In this document: positions 32,865 to 42,940 of the stretch, in pieces
Layout: each line of letters starts with the position of its first letter
Position numbering within the stretch: the stretch's first letter is position 1
Source: a virus
Strand: one strand, 5' to 3'
Virus record (IMG/VR): IMGVR_UViG_3300042197_001007
DNA: 64,000 nt
Notes under the pieces: generated by a model
Told to the model about the DNA's origin: nothing
The model's database searches: none
The model's input: only the letters and a program-made list of their open reading frames with translations
Made by a program: the position numbers and the translations under genes

Positions 32865-35362
32865 TCAAAGAAGCTCCCAATCGTAACTACTTTCTCGTGT
32901 TTCCATCCAATACATTCTAACACATTTTTGAGTGGTTCAAGAAAAGACTTTTCAAATTGTGTTTGATAGTCTACATATTTTTCAAGACCAAACTCCTGTG
33001 GTAACTCACCAAAGAAACTAATACAGTTCTCGTGAATTGTATTGGGGGTTTTAAGATACATAAACTTGATCTTTTCTCCCTCTTGAATAAGTTGATGCTT
33101 GTGTTCAATCTTATGTTTTTTGACATAATGATTATAAAGCAGAGCACCTCTTACATGAATGGGGGTTCCTTTTCTGTAAATTTCTGTGGGGTGACGATAC
33201 TTTGCCAAATTGTTAACTCCTCTGGGGAAGGCAACTTCTGAATAGGGTCGCTTTCTGGTTTCATCACGGACAACATTGATGAAATTGATGAGTTCATCAT
33301 TTGTCTTGCCGATAATAATCTTGAAGGCTTCATACAATTTGTCTCTGAAATATGCCGGAGTTGAAGATCTGGCAGTTTCAAGACCCATGATTTTCATCTT
33401 TGGGTCGGCATATCTAACACCTTCACTATCCCATACATTGAGAATGTAACGCTTCTTTGCTGTCCAGATGCCACGGTCGGCAATGTTCTCCCGTTTCATC
33501 TGCATCTTCTGATCATACGCATTCATATAATCAGCTAGTTCTTGATAGGACTTTTCAATGAAAGGTTCAATCTGTGTCTGACATGCCTTGTCAAGAAAAG
33601 AAACGATCTTTGCTTTCTCTGGCAATTTGTCGCCAAAGACATTTTGAACAAGAGCATCAAGACACAGATAAATGCTATCAGTATCAGAAGCAATCACATA
33701 ATCAACGTCACCAGTCTTCAACACCTTATTTAGATATTGGTTCATTTTGTTCTCAATCCAACGAATTGAGAGCTGACCAGATAAGGTGATCGCTTCAGCA
33801 TTTGCTAACTTATAATAACGGAAGTGCTCGTTACCGATAGCACCATAGGCAGAGTTCAGAGAGATCTTCTTTGCCATCTGAATGTTATTGTATCTGGCAA
33901 TATCTTTCATGAGTTCCACGGTGGGTGTCTTCTCATACTGCTGTTTAGCAGCAAGCATTTTCTTCTTGTAGATGACACGACCATCATACATTTTCTGCAT
34001 CATCTGAGGTAGGAACCCGTGAACGTCTTTGCGATACTGTGCTCCATTAGCGGCGACACAATGATCTCCCTCAATCTTTACTTTTTTATTCAAAAGATCA
34101 TCAACGTTTGCTCCAGAGTGTCTCTCGTCTAACAAAGTCTCGGGGGAAATATTGTACTGCATGATCAAGTGCGGATACAGACTATTAAGGTCAAAAGAAA
34201 CAACCCAGTCATAAAAACCAGGAATAGGTTCTTTCACATATGCTCCAGCATACTTGGCATCCTTAACAGCTTCCTTTTTGGGAGGAATAGCAATCTTGCG
34301 CTTCAGTAGTTCAACAAAAATGTAATTGTCCCACATGCGAACTTGTGAGAAGACATCTTCATAATTTACTTTGGCGTCATATGCCATAGTAAACGCCAAA
34401 TCAAGAAGCTTCATCTTGTCATCTAATTGATCTACAAGGCGAACGTCATGAATGTTGTATTCAATAAACTTCTGCCAGTCGTTTTCGTAGAACTCTTTGA
34501 ATGTATCAAATTCACTGTGATCCAGTTTGTTGGCACCAAGTTCTACAAAAGCAATATGATCAAGACGATAACTCTCTTGGTTTGTATAGGTGAATTTTTT
34601 ATACAACTCAAGATAATCCAATGTAGAAATGCCAAGAGTATCCACAGCAAACTGCTTACGACCTTTGATAAAGATCTCTCGTTGAGACACAAGTTTCCAA
34701 GGAGAAAGAAGTTTAACGTATTTGTCTCCAAGCAAACGTTCAATGCGATTACAAATATATGGCATGTCAAACAACTGAACATTCCATCCAGTAATCACGT
34801 CTGGATAGTTTGTTTGCCAATAATCAAGAAAAGCAGATAGCATACTCTCTTCTTGACGAAAATGCATGTAGTCAACCATCGGATCTTTATTATCAAATGG
34901 TCTCGCACCCCATACAGTAATGCGACCAGTGAAGCTATCTTTGATAGAGATTGCGAGGATCTCTTGATCAGCAGATGCTACATCAGGAAATCCATTCTCT
35001 GCTGAAGTCTCAATGTCAATCGTGAATACACGGATCTTGCTACTATCAAACTTAATCTCATCCTCTGGATGTTCTTCGGCAATGTATTGATATAGAAATC
35101 TGGTGTTGCCGTGAATTTGAAAATCTTCTACTTGATCATACTTTTTTACAAAGTCTCTCGCCTCAGAAATAGATCCAAACTTATGTGGTTCTACGCAATG
35201 ACCCTCAAGAGTTCTCCACTCAGAATAATTTTTTGTAGGGAGGTATAACGTAGGATTAAAAGGAACCCTAACGCTATACCTCGCTTCTGTACTTTTACCA
35301 CATTCATAACCACGCACCAGCAATCGGTTGCCAGCTTGTTCAACATTAGTGTAAAACTTCAT
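32861..35362 (-). CDS. gp43: family B DNA polymerase
   Basis: DIET exonuclease, SFDLNSLYP, KISLNSAYG, DTDS motifs; no intein. Confidence 0.97.
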   Translation of the reverse strand: MKFYTNVEQAGNRLLVRGYECGKSTEARYSVRVPFNPTLYLPTKNYSEWRTLEGHCVEPHKFGSISEARDFVKKYDQVEDFQIHGNTRFLYQYIAEEHPEDEIKFDSSKIRVFTIDIETSAENGFPDVASADQEILAISIKDSFTGRITVWGARPFDNKDPMVDYMHFRQEESMLSAFLDYWQTNYPDVITGWNVQLFDMPYICNRIERLLGDKYVKLLSPWKLVSQREIFIKGRKQFAVDTLGISTLDYLELYKKFTYTNQESYRLDHIAFVELGANKLDHSEFDTFKEFYENDWQKFIEYNIHDVRLVDQLDDKMKLLDLAFTMAYDAKVNYEDVFSQVRMWDNYIFVELLKRKIAIPPKKEAVKDAKYAGAYVKEPIPGFYDWVVSFDLNSLYPHLIMQYNISPETLLDERHSGANVDDLLNKKVKIEGDHCVAANGAQYRKDVHGFLPQMMQKMYDGRVIYKKKMLAAKQQYEKTPTVELMKDIARYNNIQMAKKISLNSAYGAIGNEHFRYYKLANAEAITLSGQLSIRWIENKMNQYLNKVLKTGDVDYVIASDTDSIYLCLDALVQNVFGDKLPEKAKIVSFLDKACQTQIEPFIEKSYQELADYMNAYDQKMQMKRENIADRGIWTAKKRYILNVWDSEGVRYADPKMKIMGLETARSSTPAYFRDKLYEAFKIIIGKTNDELINFINVVRDETRKRPYSEVAFPRGVNNLAKYRHPTEIYRKGTPIHVRGALLYNHYVKKHKIEHKHQLIQEGEKIKFMYLKTPNTIHENCISFFGELPQEFGLEKYVDYQTQFEKSFLEPLKNVLECIGWKHEKVVTIGSFFE

Positions 35363-35631
35363 TCAGACTTTGGCGGATCAACTTTGAGCAGATAGACAGC
35401 AAGTAGTTTGCTGTTTGGATTGACAAGTGTGGTGATGTCAGAAGACCTGACAATCACCTCACGATCATTTGAATGGCGAGGCCATGGATATATCTCTCCA
35501 TCACATTCTACCACATATGGTTCTCGTAGAACACAGTCGGGGTCACCTATTGAAGTGGCACCCTCAACCTCCTCTACTTGAGCGATAATCCACTCATTCG
35601 CCAGCTTCAGTAGGTTCGCTGTTGTCTCCAT
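35359..35631 (-). CDS. small beta-rich protein, paralog 3 (90 aa)
   Basis: L..EWII..VEE...L.EPY.V pattern shared with the two upstream ORFs. Confidence 0.7.
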   Translation of the reverse strand: METTANLLKLANEWIIAQVEEVEGATSIGDPDCVLREPYVVECDGEIYPWPRHSNDREVIVRSSDITTLVNPNSKLLAVYLLKVDPPKSE

Positions 35632-35977
35632 CCTGTTTTACCTCAAAGAAAAGTTGTTCATCCGTAAGTCCATACTCTTTTAACTTGAGTACATAATTAT
35701 CAAGAATATTGTTGTCAGGATAAACAACACTAATGATATGTTCACCGCTCAAGCGATGCTCCTCAATTGGACTGTATGGGCACCATCTTTCATATTGAAT
35801 AGGAACAGTTCCATCTTCATTTGGAGATCCAAGACTTAGAGCATATGGATACAACATTCTATATCCAACTACTTTATCATCATCTCCCTTAACTTCACCA
35901 AACATACACAGAACTCTTTCCGCAGTGGTAAGAGTTACAATGCGAATTCCATGATTAGTCTTCAGTTGCTCTGTCAT
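35594..35977 (-). CDS. small beta-rich protein, paralog 2 (127 aa)
   Basis: IVTL.T.ERVL...EV...YPY.L...WCPYS. Confidence 0.75.
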   Translation of the reverse strand: MTEQLKTNHGIRIVTLTTAERVLCMFGEVKGDDDKVVGYRMLYPYALSLGSPNEDGTVPIQYERWCPYSPIEEHRLSGEHIISVVYPDNNILDNYVLKLKEYGLTDEQLFFEVKQDGDNSEPTEAGE

Positions 35978-36302
35978 TTTCTAGTTCCTTCTTCTGGGTG
36001 ATTTTATTTTCATAAGCTTTTTGTAGTCCCGGTTCAGGACTACTGATTGTCATAACACAATCATACGGAATTTTAAACATGGTATCTGGAGAATATGGGT
36101 TCCACTTGCTAAAGCGAACTTGATATTCCATTCCATGTGCTTCTGTTAGATACTGAGGTGTAGTGCCATCCAGACTTAAAACATAAGGTTCGTCCATCAA
36201 AAGACAAATTCCTTTTTTATTATCGTCTTCACCATCAAAGACTTCTTTAAGTTCTGTAATGACACGATCCCCCGTCTTAAGTGTAACGATTGATACTGCC
36301 AT
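35955..36302 (-). CDS. small beta-rich protein, paralog 1 (115 aa)
   Basis: IVTLKTGDRVITELKEV...EPYVL...WNPYS. Confidence 0.75.
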   Translation of the reverse strand: MAVSIVTLKTGDRVITELKEVFDGEDDNKKGICLLMDEPYVLSLDGTTPQYLTEAHGMEYQVRFSKWNPYSPDTMFKIPYDCVMTISSPEPGLQKAYENKITQKKELENDRATED

Positions 36303-36365
36303 AGTTAATAGTTATTTGATATTAGTTTAGCATCAAAAAGGGGCACCGTCAAGTGCCCCGAATAT

Positions 36366-36770
36366 TTAGAACCACTTCTTTCTCTTTTGTTTCTCCGGAA
36401 GTTCTTTTCTCAACACAATTGTTAAAAGACCATCTTTAAAATCTACACTCTCAACTTCTACATCTTCCGCCATTTGCCAATTACGAGTAAATGACCTTTG
36501 AGAAATTCCCTTATGCTGATACTTGCGTTCTTTTTCTTCCTTTGATTTTTGAGCAGATACTGTTAGAACATGTCGTTCAGTTGCGACCTCAATATCTTCT
36601 TTTGTAAATCCTGCCAAAGCGACCTCAAGTATGGTTCTGCCATCATCTCCGTTAACCACGTTGTACAGAGGATAACTATATCCATTTCCCGCAATAGCTT
36701 CAAGTCTTCTGAATGTTTCATCTAATCCAATAGAATGTGGTGTATATGTTTCCCAATTAAATGTTACCAT
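36366..36770 (-). CDS. hsp20: small heat-shock protein
   Basis: YPLYNV...LEVALAGF....HKGISQRSF.R.W...DGLLTI; GGGGCAC/GTGCCCC terminator downstream. Confidence 0.92.
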   Translation of the reverse strand: MVTFNWETYTPHSIGLDETFRRLEAIAGNGYSYPLYNVVNGDDGRTILEVALAGFTKEDIEVATERHVLTVSAQKSKEEKERKYQHKGISQRSFTRNWQMAEDVEVESVDFKDGLLTIVLRKELPEKQKRKKWF

Positions 36771-36877
36771 TGTCCTAAAAAAGCGACGTTTACATGTGAC
36801 CCGTTAGGCATCACATTAATAATTATATACCAAACATAAAAAATGGGGATCGTAAAAACCCCCATGAATACTACGGT

Positions 36878-37312
36878 TTATTCGCCAACTACCTTTTTTC
36901 TGCCAATATTATATTTGCTTTCCAAAGTCCATTCATCCTTTTCCTTGAAAGCAAGCACTTTAATTTGATTAAGAGGAGCTAGATCACTAATTTTTTCTGG
37001 TGTAACCACAGTAACCAATCCCCAATCGCTAAGCAACTGGATAATACGATTACGACGTTGAAGATCATTCAAAGAAAAGTTTGTGTTTTTTCCATCAAGG
37101 GCAAACAACTCTTTAAAATGAACAATATAATACTTACCTTGCTTATGAAGAATATGGCAAGATTGATAAATTTTCTTTTCTTTGCGTGAAGCAACACCAA
37201 TCCTGGTTAAAGTTTCTCGTACCTTTAGAAAATCATCAGGTTCTCCAAGAAGTACTTCAACCATGTCTGATTGTTTCCACTGGATTTCAGTTTCTGCGGT
37301 CATTCTTTCCAC
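36878..37312 (-). CDS. regA: translational repressor RegA
   Basis: DDFLKVRETLTRIGVAS...QSCHILHKQG.YYIVHFKELF. Confidence 0.96.
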   Translation of the reverse strand: MERMTAETEIQWKQSDMVEVLLGEPDDFLKVRETLTRIGVASRKEKKIYQSCHILHKQGKYYIVHFKELFALDGKNTNFSLNDLQRRNRIIQLLSDWGLVTVVTPEKISDLAPLNQIKVLAFKEKDEWTLESKYNIGRKKVVGE

Positions 37313-37685
37313 CTTTATCTAACACTTTTTTAATATGATCTAACTGATCCTTTGTGAGAACCCTAAGTGCCTGTAGAGCTTTATCGTCATTATAACCATA
37401 ATACTCTTTGACTACATCAAGATAATCAATCGAATCTTTTTTTGCCCAGGGAGAAAATCTCTTTCTAGGTTTGAGACTATTTAGTAAGAAATCATACTGA
37501 AGTTTCTTTGGCAGATGAGAGTTCTTATTCATCTCATTCGCAAACAGTATAGTGTCAGTAAAGGAACTAAGGCAGCGATTAATAATATATGGTGGATATG
37601 CTTTCTCAGCATCAATATCATCTTCAAGAATGTTTTTCTTGGATTGATTGATGCTGTAAAGATAATCCTTCAGTTGATATGTCAT
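37287..37685 (-). CDS. gp62: clamp loader small subunit
   Basis: YPPYIINRCLS...LQYDFLLNS.KPRKRF..W.K. Confidence 0.92.
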   Translation of the reverse strand: MTYQLKDYLYSINQSKKNILEDDIDAEKAYPPYIINRCLSSFTDTILFANEMNKNSHLPKKLQYDFLLNSLKPRKRFSPWAKKDSIDYLDVVKEYYGYNDDKALQALRVLTKDQLDHIKKVLDKGGKNDRRN

Positions 37686-37825
37686 TTAAATACGGCAGTT
37701 ACATTCACAACCTTGGCGGTCGGGTTGCGAGCAAGAGCGGTGACACGGGCATCTTGATAGTTTGCCGCCTCAACGACCTCATCGAAAACACGACCATTGA
37801 CGTAGAGTTGAACTTTAATTTTCAT
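37682..37825 (-). CDS. small hypothetical protein (47 aa) MKIKVQLYVNGRVFDEVVEA...
   Basis: Hand translation; ATGA coupling to gp62. Confidence 0.7.
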   Translation of the reverse strand: MKIKVQLYVNGRVFDEVVEAANYQDARVTALARNPTAKVVNVTAVFK

Positions 37826-38699
37826 AGTTGTAAAGGACGAGTTCCTTGCGTTCTGCTTGATCTATTGTATAGGACCCGACCGAGCGCATCGTGTAGGTAT
37901 GTGCAAATTCTCCAACTGTCCACTCCTTGAACCGCTCCCTCACGAGGTTGGAGCTATTGTATGAGACCAGTTGAGAGCAAGCAAACTCATCGCAAGTAGT
38001 AGCAAACTTATCGTGATCAAATCCTTTGTGCATTGATCCTTTATTCCCATAGAGATTATCCTTAATGTCGTAAGGAGGATCAAGATAAACAAATACATCT
38101 TTGTAGTTTGACAACAAACTTTCGTATGAATAGTTAGTAATCTTCCAATCTTTAATTAGATTACCATACTCTGGAATTTTCTCAATGTTATTCATAGAGA
38201 AGTTGCTGACACTTGCTTGTCCAGAAAAAGAAGAACTTTCAGTCAGTCCAGAAAAGCTACACTTATTGATAATATAAAAAGCAACCGCACGATAGAAATC
38301 TTCTGCTTCTGGGTGATTGAGTTGGATCTTCATTTCATTGAAGAGTTCTCTACCTTTTTCATAATATGCTTCCAGTTCTGCTGGAGTAGCATCACTTTTG
38401 TCTGGTACATCTCCAAGATCTTCTTTGTATCTTTTCAGACACTCATAGAGTTCTTTTGGATCATCACGAAGAACAGACCAGAAAGTGTATAGAGGATTAT
38501 ACAGATCGTTCACCCAGATTTGAATTCCAGGATAACGCTTGGTAACTTCAAGTGCTACGGAACCACCACCAAGGAAAGGTTCACGAAACTCTCGGTAACC
38601 TTCCAGATCTGGCATAAACTGAAAAAGTTTTGGAAGTGCTCTACTCTTCCCGCCCGGATAGCGCAATGGTGTTTTCAGGGATTTCAAAGTCTGGGGCAT
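37815..38699 (-). CDS. dam: DNA adenine methyltransferase (Dam/D12 class)
   Basis: LRYPGGKS, EPFLGGGS, YLDPPY. Confidence 0.92.
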   Translation of the reverse strand: MPQTLKSLKTPLRYPGGKSRALPKLFQFMPDLEGYREFREPFLGGGSVALEVTKRYPGIQIWVNDLYNPLYTFWSVLRDDPKELYECLKRYKEDLGDVPDKSDATPAELEAYYEKGRELFNEMKIQLNHPEAEDFYRAVAFYIINKCSFSGLTESSSFSGQASVSNFSMNNIEKIPEYGNLIKDWKITNYSYESLLSNYKDVFVYLDPPYDIKDNLYGNKGSMHKGFDHDKFATTCDEFACSQLVSYNSSNLVRERFKEWTVGEFAHTYTMRSVGSYTIDQAERKELVLYNYEN

Positions 38700-38883
38700 G
38701 ATATTTAAGGTACTCTCTAAAAGTAAGTTTCATTTCTTTCTGCGTCATACCACAATGTTTGGCAGCAGCAGGTAAGGTCATTTTAGCACGAAAGAGAGCT
38801 TCATTTGCTTCTCTCACGTTATCTGGATTTGTTTTTACTGGAACATCATATAGGTCCCATTTACTAATTTTGAATTGGTTCAT
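38641..38883 (-). CDS. conserved hypothetical protein (80 aa, HTH-like)
   Basis: ATGA coupling; AAAKHCGMTQKEMK segment. Confidence 0.65.
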   Translation of the reverse strand: MNQFKISKWDLYDVPVKTNPDNVREANEALFRAKMTLPAAAKHCGMTQKEMKLTFREYLKYHAPDFEIPENTIALSGREE

Positions 38884-39824
38884 TTAAACTCGCAACTCAT
38901 CATAATCTCAGTCAAACAAGCAAGAAGATTAACTTCTTGATCAGGAACAATTGTGATGTCTCGCATGTATTTTGCGATGATCAAAACTGCTTCTGGAATA
39001 GAAGCTGGTTTCAAAACCTCATACAAACTATCATAGACCTTACGCATGATCATACTGGGATCGTTATCCAGATGTTGAACAACCCAGTTCTTCACCGTAG
39101 TAAATTCTTTCTTCTTCAATGAAGTGAGTAGAGTGTCCAGATTGACATCAGCAACATCAACAAGAATAGCGGAACTGATAGCGCCAGTCGCAGCATAACG
39201 CTGGCATTCGTTGATGAGACGGCGCCAGTCTGGGTAATATCTTTTGATGAGTTTGGCAAGGACTTTATCTTCATATTCAACTTGTTCGTGGGTGAGAATA
39301 GTTTTAAGACGAGTAAAAAACTCTCCCTGAAGTTGAATTGCCTGATCTGGTTTGATCCTGAAATCCACGACTGTGCATCGGGAATGGAGAGGTTCAATAA
39401 TCTTGTTGATGAAGTTACAGGTGAAGATGAAGCGACAATTGCCATGGAACTCCTCCACGGCGGTCCTGAGGGACAGTTGAACGTCGTTGGTGGTGTTGTC
39501 TGCCTCATCAATGATAACGACCTTGTGGGACGCCCCAGAGGTCAGAGAGATCGTTGTGGCGAACTGACGGACCCGATTGCGTACCGTATCCAGAAACCGC
39601 CCCTCGTCCGAACCGTTAATGACGATATAGGAAGCCCCGATCTCATGACATAACGCTTTGGCAATTGTGGTCTTTCCGACACCAGCAGTGCCAGTAAGCA
39701 GAAGGTTAGGGATTTCTTCTTGTGCGACAAATCCTTTGAATACATCTTTAATACTTTCAGGAAGAATACAATCCTCAACACACGAAGGACGGTATTTTTC
39801 CACCCACAAAAACTCTTTACTCAT
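38880..39824 (-). CDS. gp44: clamp loader large subunit
   Basis: WVEKYRP, GTAGVGKTT, IIDEAD, SRC. Confidence 0.96.
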   Translation of the reverse strand: MSKEFLWVEKYRPSCVEDCILPESIKDVFKGFVAQEEIPNLLLTGTAGVGKTTIAKALCHEIGASYIVINGSDEGRFLDTVRNRVRQFATTISLTSGASHKVVIIDEADNTTNDVQLSLRTAVEEFHGNCRFIFTCNFINKIIEPLHSRCTVVDFRIKPDQAIQLQGEFFTRLKTILTHEQVEYEDKVLAKLIKRYYPDWRRLINECQRYAATGAISSAILVDVADVNLDTLLTSLKKKEFTTVKNWVVQHLDNDPSMIMRKVYDSLYEVLKPASIPEAVLIIAKYMRDITIVPDQEVNLLACLTEIMMSCEFK

Positions 39825-40156
39825 TCCAATTCTCGCATAACAATTTGTTTTACAATGTCAGTGGCATTCAGTTCTGCCCTCATATATTCTACACCATCTT
39901 CTGGTCTGGTGTGATCTCCGCAAGTAAAGATGTCACAAACTGCTGTGCCATTCTCTGGCCAAGTATGAATACTGATGTGACTTTCAGCAAGCATAGCAAA
40001 AGCGGTAACTCCTTGTGGTTCAAACTTATGTGACTTTAAAACAAGCAAAGTAGATTTACAGTACTTTGCTGCTTGAAAAAGTACATCTCTGATAAAACCT
40101 TCGTCGTCAAGGTCATCAGCAGCACACCCCTTCAGGGTAAAAAGAATGTGTTTCAA
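39821..40156 (-). CDS. speD: S-adenosylmethionine decarboxylase proenzyme family (class 1b)
   Basis: PQGVT...LAESHISIHTWPE....CDIFTCG self-cleavage motif. Confidence 0.9.
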   Translation of the reverse strand: MKHILFTLKGCAADDLDDEGFIRDVLFQAAKYCKSTLLVLKSHKFEPQGVTAFAMLAESHISIHTWPENGTAVCDIFTCGDHTRPEDGVEYMRAELNATDIVKQIVMRELE

Positions 40157-40159
40157 TCG

Positions 40160-40825
40160 TCATGGCTCCAACGCAATATAGTATTTAAGGTCCAAATTCT
40201 GATTTGTCCATTCGGAAATCAAATGTTTGGATATTTTAACAACGTAGTCACCAGGGAACAGACGGATGTTTTCAATCTTAACGTCCAATGAATAATCGCC
40301 AGTACAATCACCAGAAATGGATTGCTCGTAAGTATTGCTGGTATCATTCTCTTTGTCACGAAGGATGAGTTTGATTTGATTGTCTTCGCTCTGGAAAGTC
40401 AGATCAGGAAGACTATAGACAGCAGATGCTTTTTGAAGAGAAAGAAGATCTTCACCAGTAATGTTGAACTGGATATCAGCACCAGGAAACTTTACATTCT
40501 TTTCGGGTGCCGACTTCAGCGTAATCTCTGGATCAGAAAAATAGTAACGAGCAGACTTGCCGCCACCACGAATATTAACAAAGTCGCTGGAAGAGAATTC
40601 CAGTTCAGGATTGTTAAACAGAGAGATGCCAGAAAGAAACTGACTGAGATCATAAATTGCGAAGTCCATCGGAAATACTTCTTCGCTTGAGAACGCTGCC
40701 AGAATGTTTTCCGCATTGCTGATAGTGCGTACTGTGCTTCCTTCTCGGAATACGATGGAGGAATTGATAGTGGAGAAGTTCTTAAGGACATCAAATGTCT
40801 TCTTAGATAGGATTACTTTACTCAT
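40160..40825 (-). CDS. gp45: sliding clamp
   Basis: LKNFSTIN.SI, FAIYDL..FL, YIALEP. Confidence 0.95.
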   Translation of the reverse strand: MSKVILSKKTFDVLKNFSTINSSIVFREGSTVRTISNAENILAAFSSEEVFPMDFAIYDLSQFLSGISLFNNPELEFSSSDFVNIRGGGKSARYYFSDPEITLKSAPEKNVKFPGADIQFNITGEDLLSLQKASAVYSLPDLTFQSEDNQIKLILRDKENDTSNTYEQSISGDCTGDYSLDVKIENIRLFPGDYVVKISKHLISEWTNQNLDLKYYIALEP

Positions 40826-41118
40826 CGGTTGTAGTCTTCACGGGTAGCATTTTTGTCATTGAAGTGTAGAAGGAGCACAGCATAATGTAGCACCTTCATA
40901 ATGTCAAGGCGAGCACTACCTTTCTTGTCATACCGAGAAGCATATTTAAGAATATTGCTACGGCAGAAAGGTTCTCCATCACCACAAGCTGCGATTAGAT
41001 CCAAAGTTTGAATTTGGTCATCACCGGCAGAGTAATGCTGTTTATAAGTGTTCGCAATATAGTCACGCAGTTCTTCAATGATTGCGTCTTCATTGTACTT
41101 AAAGTTCATTCTGTCCAA
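40822..41118 (-). CDS. conserved DUF3310-like protein (98 aa)
   Basis: TY..HY...FCRSNILKYASRY.KKG....D.MK..HY. Confidence 0.7.
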   Translation of the reverse strand: MDRMNFKYNEDAIIEELRDYIANTYKQHYSAGDDQIQTLDLIAACGDGEPFCRSNILKYASRYDKKGSARLDIMKVLHYAVLLLHFNDKNATREDYNR

Positions 41119-41282
41119 ATGTGTTCAATATTATCATGGTAGCATTCTTCAAGGTTCCCGTCAAGGTCCTTGACAAATAATTTCATACCCTCGCCACCAA
41201 GGATACGAACGGTCTTGCCGCTTTTGAGAACGGCAAGACTATTCACATAACCGTGAAATTCATCAGAACGGATCACTGGCAT
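41106..41282 (-). CDS. small hypothetical protein (58 aa from MPVIRS)
   Basis: GAGGAG-like SD inside the cobS 3' end. Confidence 0.6.
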   Translation of the reverse strand: MPVIRSDEFHGYVNSLAVLKSGKTVRILGGEGMKLFVKDLDGNLEECYHDNIEHIWTE

Positions 41283-42378
41283 TCTCTTCCTCCTTGGTTT
41301 CAACCTTAGCATCAATCTTATCATACAGTTCGATGAAAGATTGCTTGGTCTCATCATCAAAACGATTGACACAGACCTTGATGGCTTTGATACGATCCTG
41401 CCAGATGGCATAGGCACGGATGATGTGAACCAAGCGACGAGTGCTGATCACTTCATCAATACCACCATCACGGAAGGTTTTACGGATGATATCTGCCCAG
41501 TTGGCAAGGTTCTCACAGAACTCTTCATCCACGGCATTCAGAGCAGCAGATGCTTTCTTGAGAATGGTGGTCTCTACAGTCACGGTAGGATAGTCTTGCT
41601 CAAAGGTGAGAGCAAAACGCTCAAGGAAAGCTTCGTTGAGAACATTGGTGCCGATGAAGCGTCCATCCTCAGAACCCTTGCCCTTGGTATTGGCAGTGGC
41701 GAAGATGTTGAAACCAGCAGCAGGTTGGATGAACTTGCCAATCTTCTTCAGGAAGACACCCTTGCCTTCAAGAATAGATTGGAGACACAGGATCTTGTTG
41801 GATGCCAGGTCAACCTCATCCAGCAACAGAATAGCACCGCGCTCAAGAGCTTCGATCACAGGACCGTTGTGCCACACAGTCGCACCATTCACCAGACGGA
41901 AACCACCAATCAGGTCATCCTCGTCAGTCTCAATAGTAATATTCACACGGATCAGTTCTCGCTTGAGTTGAGCACATGCTTGCTCAACAGAGAAAGTCTT
42001 ACCGTTACCAGACAGACCAGTGATGAAGGTAGGATAGAACAGACCAGATTGAATGATCTTCTTTACATCAGAGAAGTTCCCGAACGGGACATAATTAGCA
42101 TCTTTGTCAGGAATAAGGTTCTGAACTTCCCGAACGGGAACAGGAATAGCAGGAGCAGCAGCAGGAGCATTATACACTTGCTCAAGCTTCTCCTGAACAG
42201 TCAGGTTCCAAGTGCCACGTTTCACATAGAAGTCACGCAGTCGCTTGGTAGCAGTAGCATAGGTGATGCCAAAGACACCACAAGCATCTTGAACCTGGGC
42301 AGCATTGATATCGTTACCAAAGTTGCTGGACAGGTACGAAGTCAGTTGCTCGGTAGTCACGTCAGATTTGGCAGGCAT
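41263..42378 (-). CDS. cobS: CobS/MoxR-like AAA+ ATPase (start MPAKS)
   Basis: GLSGNGKT, LLLDEVD, ATANTKG, AFLERF. Confidence 0.88.
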   Translation of the reverse strand: MPAKSDVTTEQLTSYLSSNFGNDINAAQVQDACGVFGITYATATKRLRDFYVKRGTWNLTVQEKLEQVYNAPAAAPAIPVPVREVQNLIPDKDANYVPFGNFSDVKKIIQSGLFYPTFITGLSGNGKTFSVEQACAQLKRELIRVNITIETDEDDLIGGFRLVNGATVWHNGPVIEALERGAILLLDEVDLASNKILCLQSILEGKGVFLKKIGKFIQPAAGFNIFATANTKGKGSEDGRFIGTNVLNEAFLERFALTFEQDYPTVTVETTILKKASAALNAVDEEFCENLANWADIIRKTFRDGGIDEVISTRRLVHIIRAYAIWQDRIKAIKVCVNRFDDETKQSFIELYDKIDAKVETKEEENASDPF

Positions 42379-42430
42379 GGAAGTCATTTCGTTGATGAAC
42401 TTAGTATAGGGCATACGGGTCGGTTTGGCG

Positions 42431-42940
42431 TCAGACCCAGGACGGTTTGCGAAGTGGCATACGCAGATAGTTGGATGCCACCCATGGTTTGCTGGCAATA
42501 TACCTTTTGTATGCCGTAAAGGTATCAATGCTACTATCTAATTTATAGAGATCTGGCATAGCTCTGGCAAATGGAGTTACACTGGTGATCTTACCTTTAG
42601 GGAAAAGATAATATGCTTCCAGCAAAGTGTTGTAGCAAGAATGAAACTTGCCATAGCGAACGGAGTATTCATCGCATAAATTCATACCCCATTTGATCAA
42701 CCAGTAGGCATTGTCAATAGTTTCTGCTGCCCATTTAGTACATGGGTGATTACGAAAGGCACCTTTCTCTGTGCGATATGCGATACCATCAGCTTTGTGA
42801 ATTGGTCCGTAATTATGATACCACTTGGATGCCACGATGGATAACATCTGGCAACACTCAAGTGGCATCTTTACGATATGTTTATCTGGCAAACAAATGG
42901 CACTCTCGGCAGGAAATGGCGAGGTGACAAAGATGTTCAT
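42431..42940 (-). CDS. pyrimidine-dimer glycosylase/DenV-like protein (169 aa)
   Basis: MNIF......A...D.HIVKM..E..QML...NHPCT.W...LCDEY..RY.K.H. Confidence 0.7.
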   Translation of the reverse strand: MNIFVTSPFPAESAICLPDKHIVKMPLECCQMLSIVASKWYHNYGPIHKADGIAYRTEKGAFRNHPCTKWAAETIDNAYWLIKWGMNLCDEYSVRYGKFHSCYNTLLEAYYLFPKGKITSVTPFARAMPDLYKLDSSIDTFTAYKRYIASKPWVASNYLRMPLRKPSWV

